Assembly: GCF_009834535.1 (NCBI RefSeq)
Contig: NC_045697.1
Span: 39,930,001-39,994,000 of the forward strand
DNA length: 64,000 nt
Direction: 5' to 3'
Source: Camelus ferus
Lineage: Eukaryota
Shown here: positions 38,001 through 50,500 of the stretch, piece after piece
Numbering within the stretch: the stretch's first letter is position 1
How the letters are laid out: each line of letters opens with the position of its first letter
The notes under the pieces: generated by a model
What the model saw: the letters and a program-made list of their open reading frames with translations, nothing else
Databases searched by the model: none
What the model was told of the DNA's origin: nothing
Made by a program: the position numbers and the translations under genes

Positions 38001-40398
38001 GAGGTAAGTGGGGCACTCGCCTTGGGCACAACATTTAAGGGGAAGGGGTGCCCAAAACACTCAGCCAATCAAATCATATTTTAATGCAGTATCTTTAGAA
38101 ATCAAAATTAATGCCCCAAACCCATGATGCACGAAATAGCAAAATTTACATAAAGATGGGATCAGTAACAGTGGTGCTCTGTACCACATCAGAGACTGAG
38201 GCAAAAGGAAAATCAGTAACTACTAAGAGTTTGGGCGCCTCTTAAATTTCACAGGGGAGGCACAAGCTTCTCTCAACCCTAATCTTGGCCCTGGTGTTAC
38301 AGTGATATTCCGGAGGAGGTGGGGATGATCAGGGGCAAAACAGAGTGGCAGAAGATGTGGAGGCTTCAGAGTGGATTTCAGAGCTTAGATCTCAAATCTC
38401 CACTTTAAAGAAGAGGATTTTACCCATTTCACCCAAAGTAAAAGCCAAAGCCTATGAGGCTCTACAATCTAGGCAGCAGCCCCTCGACGCTCCAATCTCA
38501 TTCCTAAATGCTTCCTTGCTTGTTCTCCTGGACCCACCGGGACTCCTTACAGTCTCTTCAGAATGCCAGGCACCCATCATCTCAGAACCTTTGCGCTCTC
38601 GGTCCCTCTGCCTGGAGTCCTCATCCCTGACATGCACGGGGCTTAAGTCTCACCTCCTTCAAGTCTTTCTTCATGTGCCACGTTCTCCGAGTGGCCTCTC
38701 CTGACCACATGATTTAAGGTTAGACTCACCCCTTCACCACCACTCCCTCTCTGCTCTGTTTTTTCCATCGCATCTCTCAGCCTCTGAGTATTACAGAATA
38801 TACTGATTTCCAGGGTTTATGATGTCCTCTTCTCCTGCCCAACTGCATGCTCCATGAAGGCAGGATTTCTGTCTACTTTGCTACAGAGGATGCCCAGTGC
38901 CTCGGTGAGAACCAGCACCCCATCCCTACCTGACCGCTGACTGAACAGATCCAGCAGAATGCATGGTGCACAGGGAAAGAGGATTGTTCTCTTTTCGGGT
39001 CTAGGGCTTCACTGTTACTAACAGTGAGCAAAGAAGTTTCTCTTCTTGCTTAAACAAAAATAGCAGTGTCCAAAACGTGAAAATTCTCACAGCTGCCTTC
39101 CTTGACCTGTTGGCTAGTCTTCCTGTACAGTTTTCCTTCCTCTTGAAATTCTTAACTTCCTGCAAAATCCTAAGTTATTTGCTTTCTTTGGTGAAGGGCA
39201 ACTTTAATCACAATGTCCAACTCTAGAGACACTAGGGAAAATTCCTTATTTCTTTGTTGTTTAGCTGTTAAAAAATATTTTTTTTTCTTTGACATTTTGC
39301 CTGGCTCCATTATCATGCATGCCTTTCTGTTCAGGGCTGAGGTAATCCATCCGCAGTCCAGTATCCTCTTGCTGATTCTGCCAAGTATTAGTCATAAGTC
39401 AGTCAGTTTGCTCACTGACACTTTTTAACCCTCCTTCTCACATTAAGTCCCTGCTTATTTTAGCCTAGTGTGCAAAGTAGCAGCTGGTTGCCTGGCCGTC
39501 CTCTGGCAGCTAAAGACACCGTGGGCAGGGTAGACATGAAGAAGGAAGGAGTAAGCTGAACTTGACTCTAAGGTTTCCGTCCTTAGTCTTATGGTTAAAG
39601 AAACAGAGGTCTTTTTTCCTAACTGCAGCCTGTCCACGGAACGTGTCCTCTCACCACCCTACACATTATCCCTATGCTGATAATGATTAAAATCTGAACA
39701 TCAAAGTTATTTTTATACTGAGAGAATAGTCAATACATGTACTTTTCCAGTATGGCCTTAAATTATCAAATTTCTTAGGTATTGATTTTTTTCCCACTCC
39801 AACCCTAAAATATATGTATTTTCTAATAGTTACCTATTCACTTAATAGTAATAAGAAAAGTAAATCAATTGCCTAGGTCAGGTGTCAGTAAACTTCTGTA
39901 CACTGAAGGGCCAAGTATAGGGCCAGAGAGTAAGTATTTTAGGCTTTGCAGGCCATACAGAGGTCCTATGATGGAAGGAACTATGACACCTTTGAGAAAA
40001 AAACATCAGAGCAATTGAAAGAGCTAAGACACACTAATGAGAGCTAACTGTACAGTAACTACTAGTAAGGTTTTTTTCTATCTTCTTTCTTTTTTGCTGA
40101 AGTTTAGTTGATTTACAATGTTGTGTACTACTAGTAAGATTAAGTACTTTACACTGATCCTCACAACAATCCTAAGTGGAAGATGCTATTATTATTCCCA
40201 TTTCACAGATGGAAAAACTAAGGCACAGAGAAGTAACCTATCCGAGGTTAGAGTCAGTAAGTGGTAGAGTGGAAATAAGATGAGTTTGGAGAGGTAGGAT
40301 AGGACCAGAACATGCAGTAGTTCATAGGCTTTGTTAAATTTTTATTTTTGTAAGAGAAAAGGGAAGTTACTGAGCTGTTAATGGAGGAAAGTGCTGTT

Positions 40399-40450
40399 TT
40401 GTGTGTGTGTGTGTGCGTGTGTGTATGTGTGTGTGTGTGTGTGTGTGTGT
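40399..40450. repeat. Interrupted (TG)n microsatellite
   Basis: Direct reading. Confidence 0.95.
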
Positions 40451-42470
40451 TTTAACATGAACATCTTTGCCTTTCAAAACAATCGCTTGAACTGGAGCAT
40501 GAGCTGAAAGGATGGGAAGAGTGGATACTGAGAAACCAGTTAGAAAGGAGTGGCTATTGTCCAGGCAAAAGCAAGAGGTGATGGTAGCAAGACTAGGGAG
40601 CTGGCTCTGGAGAAGGACAGAGTGCATGTGTTTGAGATACATTTTGGAGAGAAAGTGGATGAGGAGTGATGAGGACATGAGAAGAATGATGTGTCAAGGA
40701 TGATCCCTAGGTGACTGGCTTGTGTAACTGGGTAGATGATAGTTTCATCCTCTGATACAGAGAACACAGGAAGAGGAGCAAACCTGGGTGGAGGAGAGAC
40801 GGAGAAGATGGCGGAGTAGAAGGACGCTTGCAGGTCACCCTCTCCCACAAATACACCAAGACCCACATCTACAGACCCACTCAGCCAACCAGAGCATCTG
40901 CAGAACTCCGACAGAACATCGCCCTCTTCAAAAGATAAAGACGCCAAAAATCTGGTAGGAGAAAAGGAAAAAAGAAAGAACAAAAGGCAAAGCAGCGCGG
41001 GACGGGTCCCGCGGGGAGGGAGCGGCAAAGGAGGACTGGCGCTCGCTCGCTGGGTCTCCCCTCTCCAACTGAGAGGCCAGCGGGATGGAGGGGGAGCTTC
41101 CGAGGCTCGGATCTGTACAGAGCACCCCTTGACTAACAGAACTAAGTTAAACGGGCACAGAGCGTCCCCCCGACACCCAGCCTGAGACGCGGGCCGGCAG
41201 CGGCGGGCAGGGCCAGGCTGCACAAGCCGGGCGGAGGATGGAAGTGGCTGCACGGAGGCAGCCCCGGGGGAACGCAAGGGGCTGCGCGCCGTGGCTGTGG
41301 GTGCACAGGGCAGAACAACCTGGGCCCTCCATAAAACAGCAAGGTTGATGTGCTCTCGGGGGAAGGGTGCACACCCCCATCTCTGAACACCCGCGGAAAG
41401 TTTTCAGGGGAAGAGAGGTGGGGCTCAGGCACAGCCGCCATATCCCCCAGCGCTGAGCACCCAGGCGGGGGCGGGGGCGAAACCTGCATCCGCACCGAAG
41501 GGCTTAGCAGCCTCAAAGGCCAGACTGAGACTGGCCTGCAGCCCGGGGCAGATAGGATCCTTCCATCCTGGTCCCTCAGAGAACTTGCTCCACAAAGACA
41601 AACAAGGAGCTGGGTTTTGGCTCGGAGCAGGGACAGGGCTGTCCCTCGGTCTTCCCCGAGCCCACCGGAGGAGCGCCGACCAGGGCGGAGCGCGCAGCCG
41701 CACAGAGAGCGGAGCTACGGCGGCGCAGGTAGAGGGAGAGCGGCCCCCCGCCTTTCGGGCAGGAACACAGCCCCTGACCGAGGTGCTGGGAGGGGGCATG
41801 ACCCGCCCTCTTACCCGGTCAGTCTGCAACATCTGACTGCGGCATCCGGAGGGGCAGCGACCCGCCCGCCCACAGCAGAGAGCTGCACCTGACCCAGTGT
41901 TAGGAGGAGGCGCGATCTGCTTGCCGACAGGTGCTGGGAGCAGCACAGAAGAGGGCGCCAACGGAGGGCCTCTGAAAACAGCAAGCTGAGCTTCCAAAAC
42001 AGGACAAAGACAGAAAGACTTCACATTAAAAACAGACTCCAGGAGAACACCGACAAACCCCCCCCCCCCTTTTTTTTAAATCTGTTTTTACCTGTTCTAT
42101 TTTCTATTACTCTCTTAATTTTTACTTCTTAATTCATTTCTATTTCTCTTGGGTTTTGATGTCCTGCTATTGATTAGACACAGGTTTCAAATACATCTAT
42201 TCATCTCCCCCCCCCCTTTTTTGTAAAGGTTTTAAAAGGACGTCTCAACCCGATTAATACTCTGCTTCAACTCACTCTTCTATTATTCATTATACACTGT
42301 TTTCAAACCCTCTTTCTCCCTTCTTTTAAAATTCTTTCTCTCTCTCTTATTTTTTTTTCTTTTTTTCCTAAGTTCTATTCCTAAATAGGCATCAGATAGA
42401 TAAAATCCTTAAGGACCAAAATAAACAACTGATACTCCATAAACCACAGTGCCAAAGAGGTACGAGCAAG

Positions 42471-43364
42471 ATGAAGAAGCAGAAAAACCTTTCCCAATTA
42501 AAAGAACAAGAGAAATCCCCTGAAAGAAAGATCAACGAAATAGACATCGATAGCCTACTAGATCAAGATTTCAAAAAAGGAGTGATCGAATTGCTGAAGG
42601 AATTGAAAGAGATAGTGTTTAGAGATATAAAATATGTCAAAAATGAAATTGAAGCTATAAAGAAGAGCCAAGTAGAATGGGTAAACTCATTGACAGAGAT
42701 GAGGAATGATCTAATAGCTGTGCAAAGCCGACTAGATAATGCAGAGGAACGAATTAGTGATCTAGAAGACAGGGCAGTGGAAAGCACCCATTCAGAAGAA
42801 GTACAAGAGAAGCAAATAAAAAATAATGAAAATAGCACAAGGGACCTATGGGATAATATAAAGCGTCCCAATCTTCGCATAATAGGGGTCCCAGAAGGAG
42901 AAGAAAGATCAAAGGGGATTGAAAAGGTTTTTGAAGAAATCATGACTGAAAACTTCCCAAACTTAAAGAAGGAATCAGATATCCAAGTACAGGAAGCTCA
43001 GAGGGTCCCAAACAGGAAGAACCCAAATAGACCCACACCAAGACATATCATAATCAAGATGGCCGGAGTCAAGGATAACGAAATGATTCTAAAGGCAGCA
43101 AGAGAAAAGCAAAGAGTAAGTTACAAGGGAACCCCCATAAGGCTCTCAGCTGATTTCTCTACACAAACACTACAGGCCAGAAGGGAGTGGCAAGATATAT
43201 TCAAAGCCCTGAATGAAAAAAAGATGCAGCCTAGGATCCTTTATCCAGCAAGGCTATCCTTGAGGATAGAAGGAGAAATAAAGAGTTTCACAGACAAAAA
43301 AAAGCTGCAGGAGTTTAGCAACACTAAACCCATGCTAAAAGAAATATTGAAAGGGCTATTCTAA
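42471..43364 (+). CDS. L1 ORF1p (coiled coil, RRM, CTD), 297 aa, intact
   Basis: Motifs RPNLRIIGVPE, RPTPRHII, AAREK, ARREW, YPARLS. Confidence 0.95.
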   Translation: MKKQKNLSQLKEQEKSPERKINEIDIDSLLDQDFKKGVIELLKELKEIVFRDIKYVKNEIEAIKKSQVEWVNSLTEMRNDLIAVQSRLDNAEERISDLEDRAVESTHSEEVQEKQIKNNENSTRDLWDNIKRPNLRIIGVPEGEERSKGIEKVFEEIMTENFPNLKKESDIQVQEAQRVPNRKNPNRPTPRHIIIKMAGVKDNEMILKAAREKQRVSYKGTPIRLSADFSTQTLQARREWQDIFKALNEKKMQPRILYPARLSLRIEGEIKSFTDKKKLQEFSNTKPMLKEILKGLF

Positions 43365-43768
43365 ATAGAAAAGCAGCAGGATGCTACAGAAATGAGAAAC
43401 ACACAACTGGAAAGGTGATAACTCATGAATTACAAATAAAGTAAACATGAAATTATAAAAGAAGACATACAAATTACTGAGAGTGGGAGAGGGAGGCAGG
43501 GAAATATAGAATATTTTTTTCTTTCTTTTTTAAATTTTTTTAACAGTAGGATGGGTTTGAGATTATGTTACTATCAGTTTAATAAAAACAGTTATAGTAA
43601 TGGGTTGATAGATTTACAAAAAAGGGTAACTACAAGCCAAAAATTTACAAATGAGTCACAAAAATTAAATAAAATCCATGATAATACAAAGGAAAATTAC
43701 CAAACCACAAAAGGAAGAAGAAAGGAACAAAGAGGATATACCAATTCAACTGCAAAGATAAGTTCAAA

Positions 43769-46700
43769 ATGGCAATAAACACACATCTATCATTAATTAC
43801 TGTAAATGTTAATGGACTAAATGCTCCAGTCAAAAGACACAGAGTGGCAGACTGGATAATAAAGCAAGAACCTTCAATATGCTGCATACAAGAAACCCAC
43901 TTTAGGGAGAAGGACACATATAGATTGAGAGTGAAAGGATGGAAAAGGATATTCCATGCAAATGGAAAAGCCAAAAAAGCAGATGTTGCAGTACTGATTT
44001 CAGACAAAATAGACTTTAAAACAAAGGCCATAAAGAAAGATAAAGAAGGACATTTTATAATGATTAAAGGAGTGATACAAGATGAGGATATTACACTCGT
44101 TAATATATATGCCCCCAATATAGGAGCACCTAAGTACATACAAGAATTACTAACAGAGATAAAGGGGGATATTGATGGGAATACAATCATAGTTGGAGAT
44201 TTTAACACTGCATTAACATCACTAGACAGATCTTCCAGACAGAAAATAAACAAGGCAACAGAGAAATTAAATACTACAATAGAAAAACTAGATTTGGTGG
44301 ATATTTTCAGAACATTACACCCCCCAAAAATAGGATATACATTCTTTTCAAGTGCACATGGAACATTTTCCAGGATCGATCATGTACTTGGGCACAAAAG
44401 AAACCTCAACAATTTTAAGAAGATAGAAATTATCTCAAGCATCTTTACTGACCACAATGCCATGAAACTGGAAATCAACAACAGAGAAACAAAAGAGAAA
44501 AAAAGGAAAGCATGGAGATTAAACAATATGTTATTGAAAAAACAATGGATCAATGAGGAAATCAAAGCTGAAATTAAAAAATACCTTGAGACAAATGATA
44601 ATGAAAGCACAACCACTCAAAACCTATGGGACACAGCAAAGGCAGTGCTAAGAGGGAAGTTTATAGCGATACAGGCCTTCCTCAAAAAAGAAGAACAATC
44701 TCAAATAAACAATTTAACCCACCACCTGAATGAATTAGAAAAAGAAGAACAAAAAGCCCCAAAAAGCAGCAGAAGGAAGGAAATAATAAAGATCAGAGAG
44801 GAATTAAATACAATAGAGATTAACAAGACCATAGAAAAAATCAACCAAACCAAAAGCTGGTTTTTTGAAAAAGTAAATAAAATCGACAAACCTCTGGCCA
44901 AACTCACAAAGAAGAAAAAAGAGAGAGCACAAATTAGCAAAATAAGAAAGGAAAATGGAGAAATTACAACAAACAAAATAGAAATACAGAATATCATACG
45001 AGAATATTATGAAAAACTATATGGAACCAAACTGGATAACCTAGAGGAGATGGACAAGTTTGTGGAAACATACTGTCCACCAAAACTGAATCAAGAAGAA
45101 TCTGAACACTTGAACAATCCGATCACTAGAAAGGAAATAGAAATAGCAATTAAAAACTTCCCTACAAATAAAAGTCCAGGACCGAACGGCTTCACCGGGG
45201 AATTCTACCAAACATACAAAGAAGAACTCATACCAGTCCTTCTCAAACTCTTCCAGACGATTGAAAAGGAGGGAATACTCCCAAACTCATTCTATGAAGC
45301 CACCATCACCCTGATACCAAAACCAGGCAAAGACACTACAAAAAAAGAGAATTATAGGCCAATATCACTGATGAACATAGACGCCAAAATCCTCACCAAA
45401 ATTTTAGCAAATAGAATCCAACAACACATAAAAAAGATTATACATCATGACCAAGTGGGGTTCATCCCAGGGACACAAGGCTGGTTCAACATACGCAAAT
45501 CAATCAGTGTAATACATCACATCAACAAGAGAAAGGACAAAAACCACATGATCATCTCAATCGATGCAGAAAAAGCATTTGATAAAATTCAACACCCATT
45601 TATGATAAAAACTCTCGCCAAAGTGGGTATAAAGGGAACATATCTCAACATAATAAAAGCTATATATGACAAACCTACAGCCAGCATAGTACTCAACGGT
45701 GAAAAACTGAAAAGCTTCCCACTAAAATCTGGGACAAGACAAGGATGCCCACGATCACCACTCCTATTCAACATAGTCCTGGAAGTCCTAGCCACAGCAG
45801 TCAGGCAAGAGAAAGAAATAAAAGGGATCCAAATTGGAAAAGAAGAGGTAAAAGTGTCATTATATGCTGATGACATGCTACTATATATAGAAAACCCTAA
45901 AAGGTCCACACAAAAGCTACTAGAGCTGATTGAAGAATTCAGCAAGGTAGCAGGTTACAAAATTAACGTTCAAAAATCAGTTGCATTTCTTTACACTAAC
46001 GATAAATCAACAGAAGAAGAAAGTAAAGAAACAATCCCCTTTAAAATAGCACCCAAAGTAATAAAATATCTGGGAATAAATCTAACCAAGGAGGTGAAAG
46101 AATTATACACAGAAAACTATAAACCATTGATGAAGGAAATTAAAGAAGACTTTAAAAAATGGAAAGATATTCCATGCTCTTGGATTGGAAGAATCAATAT
46201 TGTTAAAATGGTCACACTGCCCAAGGCAATCTACAGATTTAATGCAATCCCTATCCAATTACCCAGGACATATTTCACAGAACTAGAAAAAATCATAATA
46301 AAATTCATATGGAACCATCAAAGACCTAGAATTGCCAAAGCATTACTGAAGAGAAAGAAAGAGGCTGGAGGAATAACTCTCCCAGACTTCAGACAATACT
46401 ATAGAGCTACAGTCATCAAGACAGCATGGTATTGGTACCAAAACAGACATACAGACCAATGGAACAGAATAGAGAGCCCAGAAATGAACCCACAAACTTT
46501 TGGTCAACTCATCTTCGACAAAGGAGGCAAGAATATACATTGGAATAAAGACAGTCTCTTCAGCAAATGGTGTTGGGAAAACTGGACAGCAGCATGTAAA
46601 ACAATGAAGCTAGAACACTCCCTTACACCATATACAAAAATCAACTCAAAATGGATTAAAGACTTAAACATAAGACAAGATACAATAAACCTCCTAGAGG

Positions 46701-47566
46701 AAAACATAGGCAAAACATTATCTGACATACATTTAAAAAATTTTCTCCTAGAAGAAATAAAAGCAAGAATAAACAAATGGGACCTAATGAAACTTACAAG
46801 CTTCTGCACAGCAAAGGAAACCAGAAATAAAACAAGAAGAAAACCTACGGAATGGGAGAAAATTTTTGCAAGTGAAACCGACAAAGGCTTGATCTCCAGA
46901 ATATATAAGCAGCTCATACGACTCAATAAGAAAAAAATAAACAACCCAGTCCAAAAATGGGCAGAAGACCTAAACAAGCAATTCTCCAAAGAAGAAATAC
47001 AAATGATCAAAAAGCACATGAAAAAATGCTCAATATAACTAATTATCAGAGAAATGCAAATCAAAACTACAATGAGGTATCACCTCACACCAGTCAGAAT
47101 GGCCGTCATTCAAAAATCCACAAATGACAAATGCTGGAGAGGCTGTGGAGAAAGGGGAACCCTCCTACACTGCTGGTGGGAATGCAGTTTGGTGCAGCCA
47201 CTATGGAAAACAGTGTGGAGATTCCTCAAAAGACTAGGAATAGACTTACCATATGACCCAGGAATCCCACTCCTGGGCTTGTATCCAGAAGGAAATCTAC
47301 TTCAGGATGACACCTGCACCCCAATGTTCATAGCAGCACTATTTACAATAGCCAAAACATGGAAACAGCCTAAATGTCCATCAACAGGTGACTGGATAAA
47401 GAAGAGGTGGTATATTTATACAATGGAATACTATTCAGCCATAAAAACCGACAACATAATGCCATTTGCAGCAACATGGATGCTCCTGGAGAATGTCATT
47501 CTAAGTGAAGTAAGCCAGAAAGAGAAAGAAAAATACCATATGAGATCGCTCATATGTGGAATCTAA
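43769..47566 (+). pseudogene. L1 ORF2p (APE endonuclease, reverse transcriptase, C-terminal CCHC) with one in-frame stop at 47036-47038
   Basis: NVNGLN, IQETH, GDFN, SRIDH, TDHN and YADD motifs; ORFs 43769..47038 and 47054..47566 share a frame and are split by a single TAA. Confidence 0.95.
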
Positions 47567-50500
47567 AAAACAAAAACAAAAACAAACAAACAAACAAAAA
47601 CAAAGCGTAAATAAAGGACAGAAATAGACTCACAGACAGAGAATACAGACTTGTGGTTACCAGGGGGGTGGAGGGTGGGAAGGGATAGACTGGGATTTCA
47701 AAATTGTAGAATAGACTACACTGTATAGCACAGGGAAATATACACAAAATGTTATGATAACTTACAGAGAAAAAAACGTGACAATGAGTGTGTATATGTC
47801 CATGAATAACTGAAAAATTGTGCTGAACACTGGAATTTGACACAACATTGTAAAATGATTATAAATCAATAAAAAATGTTAAAAAAAAAAAAAAACCTGG
47901 GTGGAGGAAAGGTCATGAATTTGAGGAATTTTGAAACATCTCTACTCAGTGATGTCAAGTAAACGTCGTATTTGTGGGTTGGAGTTCAGAGAAGTCTGTG
48001 CCAGAGATTCGCATTTGAGAGTCATCTGTGATAAGTGGTCACTGGAGACATGGAAGTGGATGAGATCATGTAAGGAAAGTGAGGAGTGAGGAGATTGTCC
48101 AACTGCAGTGAGGAAACCCAAGTTTCCCTTGGCCTTGATTCAGCCCTTCAAAATTTTTTTCACTTACTGATCCCCAACTCATCTTCTATAAGACCAAAAT
48201 AAGTTCAACTGGTAATCAGGAGAAACACTACAAGAAAATGACATATTGGATTACCACTTGGAACACTTTCATACTTGCTTTCTTTTACCCAGCTTGAAGC
48301 ATTCCTTCTGAAAGGAAATAGTTAACCTAGCAATTCTATTATGCCTTAACCCCTTTAGTATTTCAATACTCAAAAAGCATTTTTTTAATAAAATGGAAAC
48401 CCAGATTTTAAAAGAGCCAGAAAGTAACCTGCCAAATAATGCTCTCAAAACTTGGGAAAATTACTTCAGTATCTACAGGAGCTTGTGTTATAGATATGGA
48501 ATAACTTGAGCACTCAGAGAGGTTGACTCTTTTTTACTTTAAACTTGTATCTACCAGAGCTATTATTTCATCCATAGATTGCTGGGCATTGAACACCAAG
48601 GAAAAATACACATCTAAGCCTTACGTCATCTATTCATGCTATTATTGAAAGGGCTCTAGCACAGATACTTCTCTAACATGAGAATTTTCAGGAGATAAAA
48701 ATCTGAACTTAAAAAAAAACCAAAATAAACTTCAGTTCATAAGCCGCTGAGGTTGAATGTTTCCATCTAAGTTCATCGGTGACATTTCTTTCTCATTCTT
48801 ATGGGGAGTTTCAAAGTCACTGAACATTGCAGTGATGAGAGAGGTGAGTCGGGGGAGCCATGCCAGTATTTCTGGACTGTTCACCATCAGTATCCGCAGA
48901 GCAAACTGTGAGAACTGCAGTGTTGTGAAAATCTGGTTACATCTCTGAAGAGTGTATGCAGAGTGAGTCAGACATATCCCAGCAGGAAACAGGAAACAGA
49001 TGGCTTGCTCAAATGAGGGCAGTCCAAATAGGTCGATTAAAGAGACTCCATAAAAGTGTGGAAAAGATAGAGGAAAGGGTCAAGGGTAGCATTGTCCTGG
49101 GGCCTGAAGGGATGTGTGAGAGAACGGTTAACAAAACCCAGAAAGAGGAACACAAAAAAGTTTTGCGGAGAAGGTCACCTTGAGAGGAGCTGGAGTCTCT
49201 GACAGAGACACAGCCAGCTTTAAGCGATCCAGCAGGGGGGCAACCAGAAGCTTAAATATCCTCACCTTGTGCTCTTCCTCCTTGCTGGGGGCCCCTTCAA
49301 CCAAGAGCTGAATCAGACCATTCAGGTCAGCCTCTTGGGTCAGAAAGCAGGGAGGGGAAGGGTGGAGAGGAACAGAAGACAGCAGCATTAAGAGAAAGAC
49401 TGGATAGAAGTTACTGGGGTGGGGGTGGGGTGGTAGCAATGGTTTCATATAAGGAAGCAGAAGAGGCTGGTTCAAAAAGTTACACATTAGTTTCATGTGT
49501 CCATAATCATATGGCATAGTAGCAATTCTAAAACCAGTGGAAGTGATCAAACTAGAGGTGGATGACTAGCTCTTGGGAATTTTATAGAAATTAGGCAGAG
49601 CCAAATTACTTCTAAGGTCCCTTTCAGACTTGTGGACTATGATCCTGTATTTGCTGAATAGAAAGTCAAGTAAAGTCAGTGTCACGGCAAAGGTACTAAA
49701 AGAAAGATGTGGGTTTTCTTTGTTTTCAGTAAAACAGATATTTGAAAACCCATTACCAAACTGGAAAATCCCTATACACAAAAATATTCATCACAGCAAA
49801 GAGCAAAATGCTGGACCAAGCTTCACTTCTACCAGTTGGGAAACTGTTAAGAAAATTATAGTATGTTTGTCAATACAATATTATGCAGGATCAAATAACT
49901 ATAAATACAAGGAATCAAGAAAGAACATGGAAATGGATATAATGTTAGGTAAAAAAAAAAGCAGGATTTGAAATTTTATAATATGTTTGCAATTTTAAAA
50001 ATATATATATGAAAAAAGCCTTGAAGGAAATTATCAAAAATTAAAATAGTTTTATTAAGGTGGTAAAACAATGGATGACTATTTCCTTCTCCTTATTCCT
50101 CGAGTTTTCTGTAATGAATGATCACATGTTATTTAAAAATTTATGTATGTATTTTTTATGTCAAATACGTAAATGTTTCATTTACTTTAATTACAATTTA
50201 AATATATTATTTTAAAATGCAATAAAAGTTGTACCTTATGGAGGACTGAAATTTTTTCTACATCTTGATCCGGATGGAGGTTTACCTGGGTGTATTCATA
50301 ATAAAAATACATTGATCTACATATTTATGATTAACACAAGCTATGCATACTTACATATGTAGATGTATATATGTTATACCTCAGTAAAAGAGTTTTAAAA
50401 TTATAATCCACAACACATTATCTTAAACATACCAGATAAATGAGGCTTAGTGTAATTCTTTCTATATTTACCATCTGCATCTTATCAACACAGCACAATA

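Larger units (their letters stand above)
40796..47892 (+). mobile_element. Full-length young LINE-1 (~7.1 kb) inserted in an L2 relic
   Basis: TSD AAACCTGGGTGGAGGA at 40780-40795 and 47893-47908; YY1 motif AAGATGGCGG 40805-40814; CpG-rich 5'UTR; ORF1, ORF2; G-rich 3'UTR tract 47663-47684; AATAAA then poly(A). Confidence 0.97.

Noticed and set aside
40540..41277. 245-aa antisense ORF across the L1 5' junction, and other long ORFs in 41142-42024
   Set aside because: The 245-aa ORF starts at TTG and runs into unrelated flank; this GC-rich sequence is stop-poor and no domain is recognisable
43645..47064. Hydrophobic minus-strand ORFs over L1 ORF2 (also 32249..32920)
   Set aside because: Usual antisense shadows of A-rich L1 coding sequence
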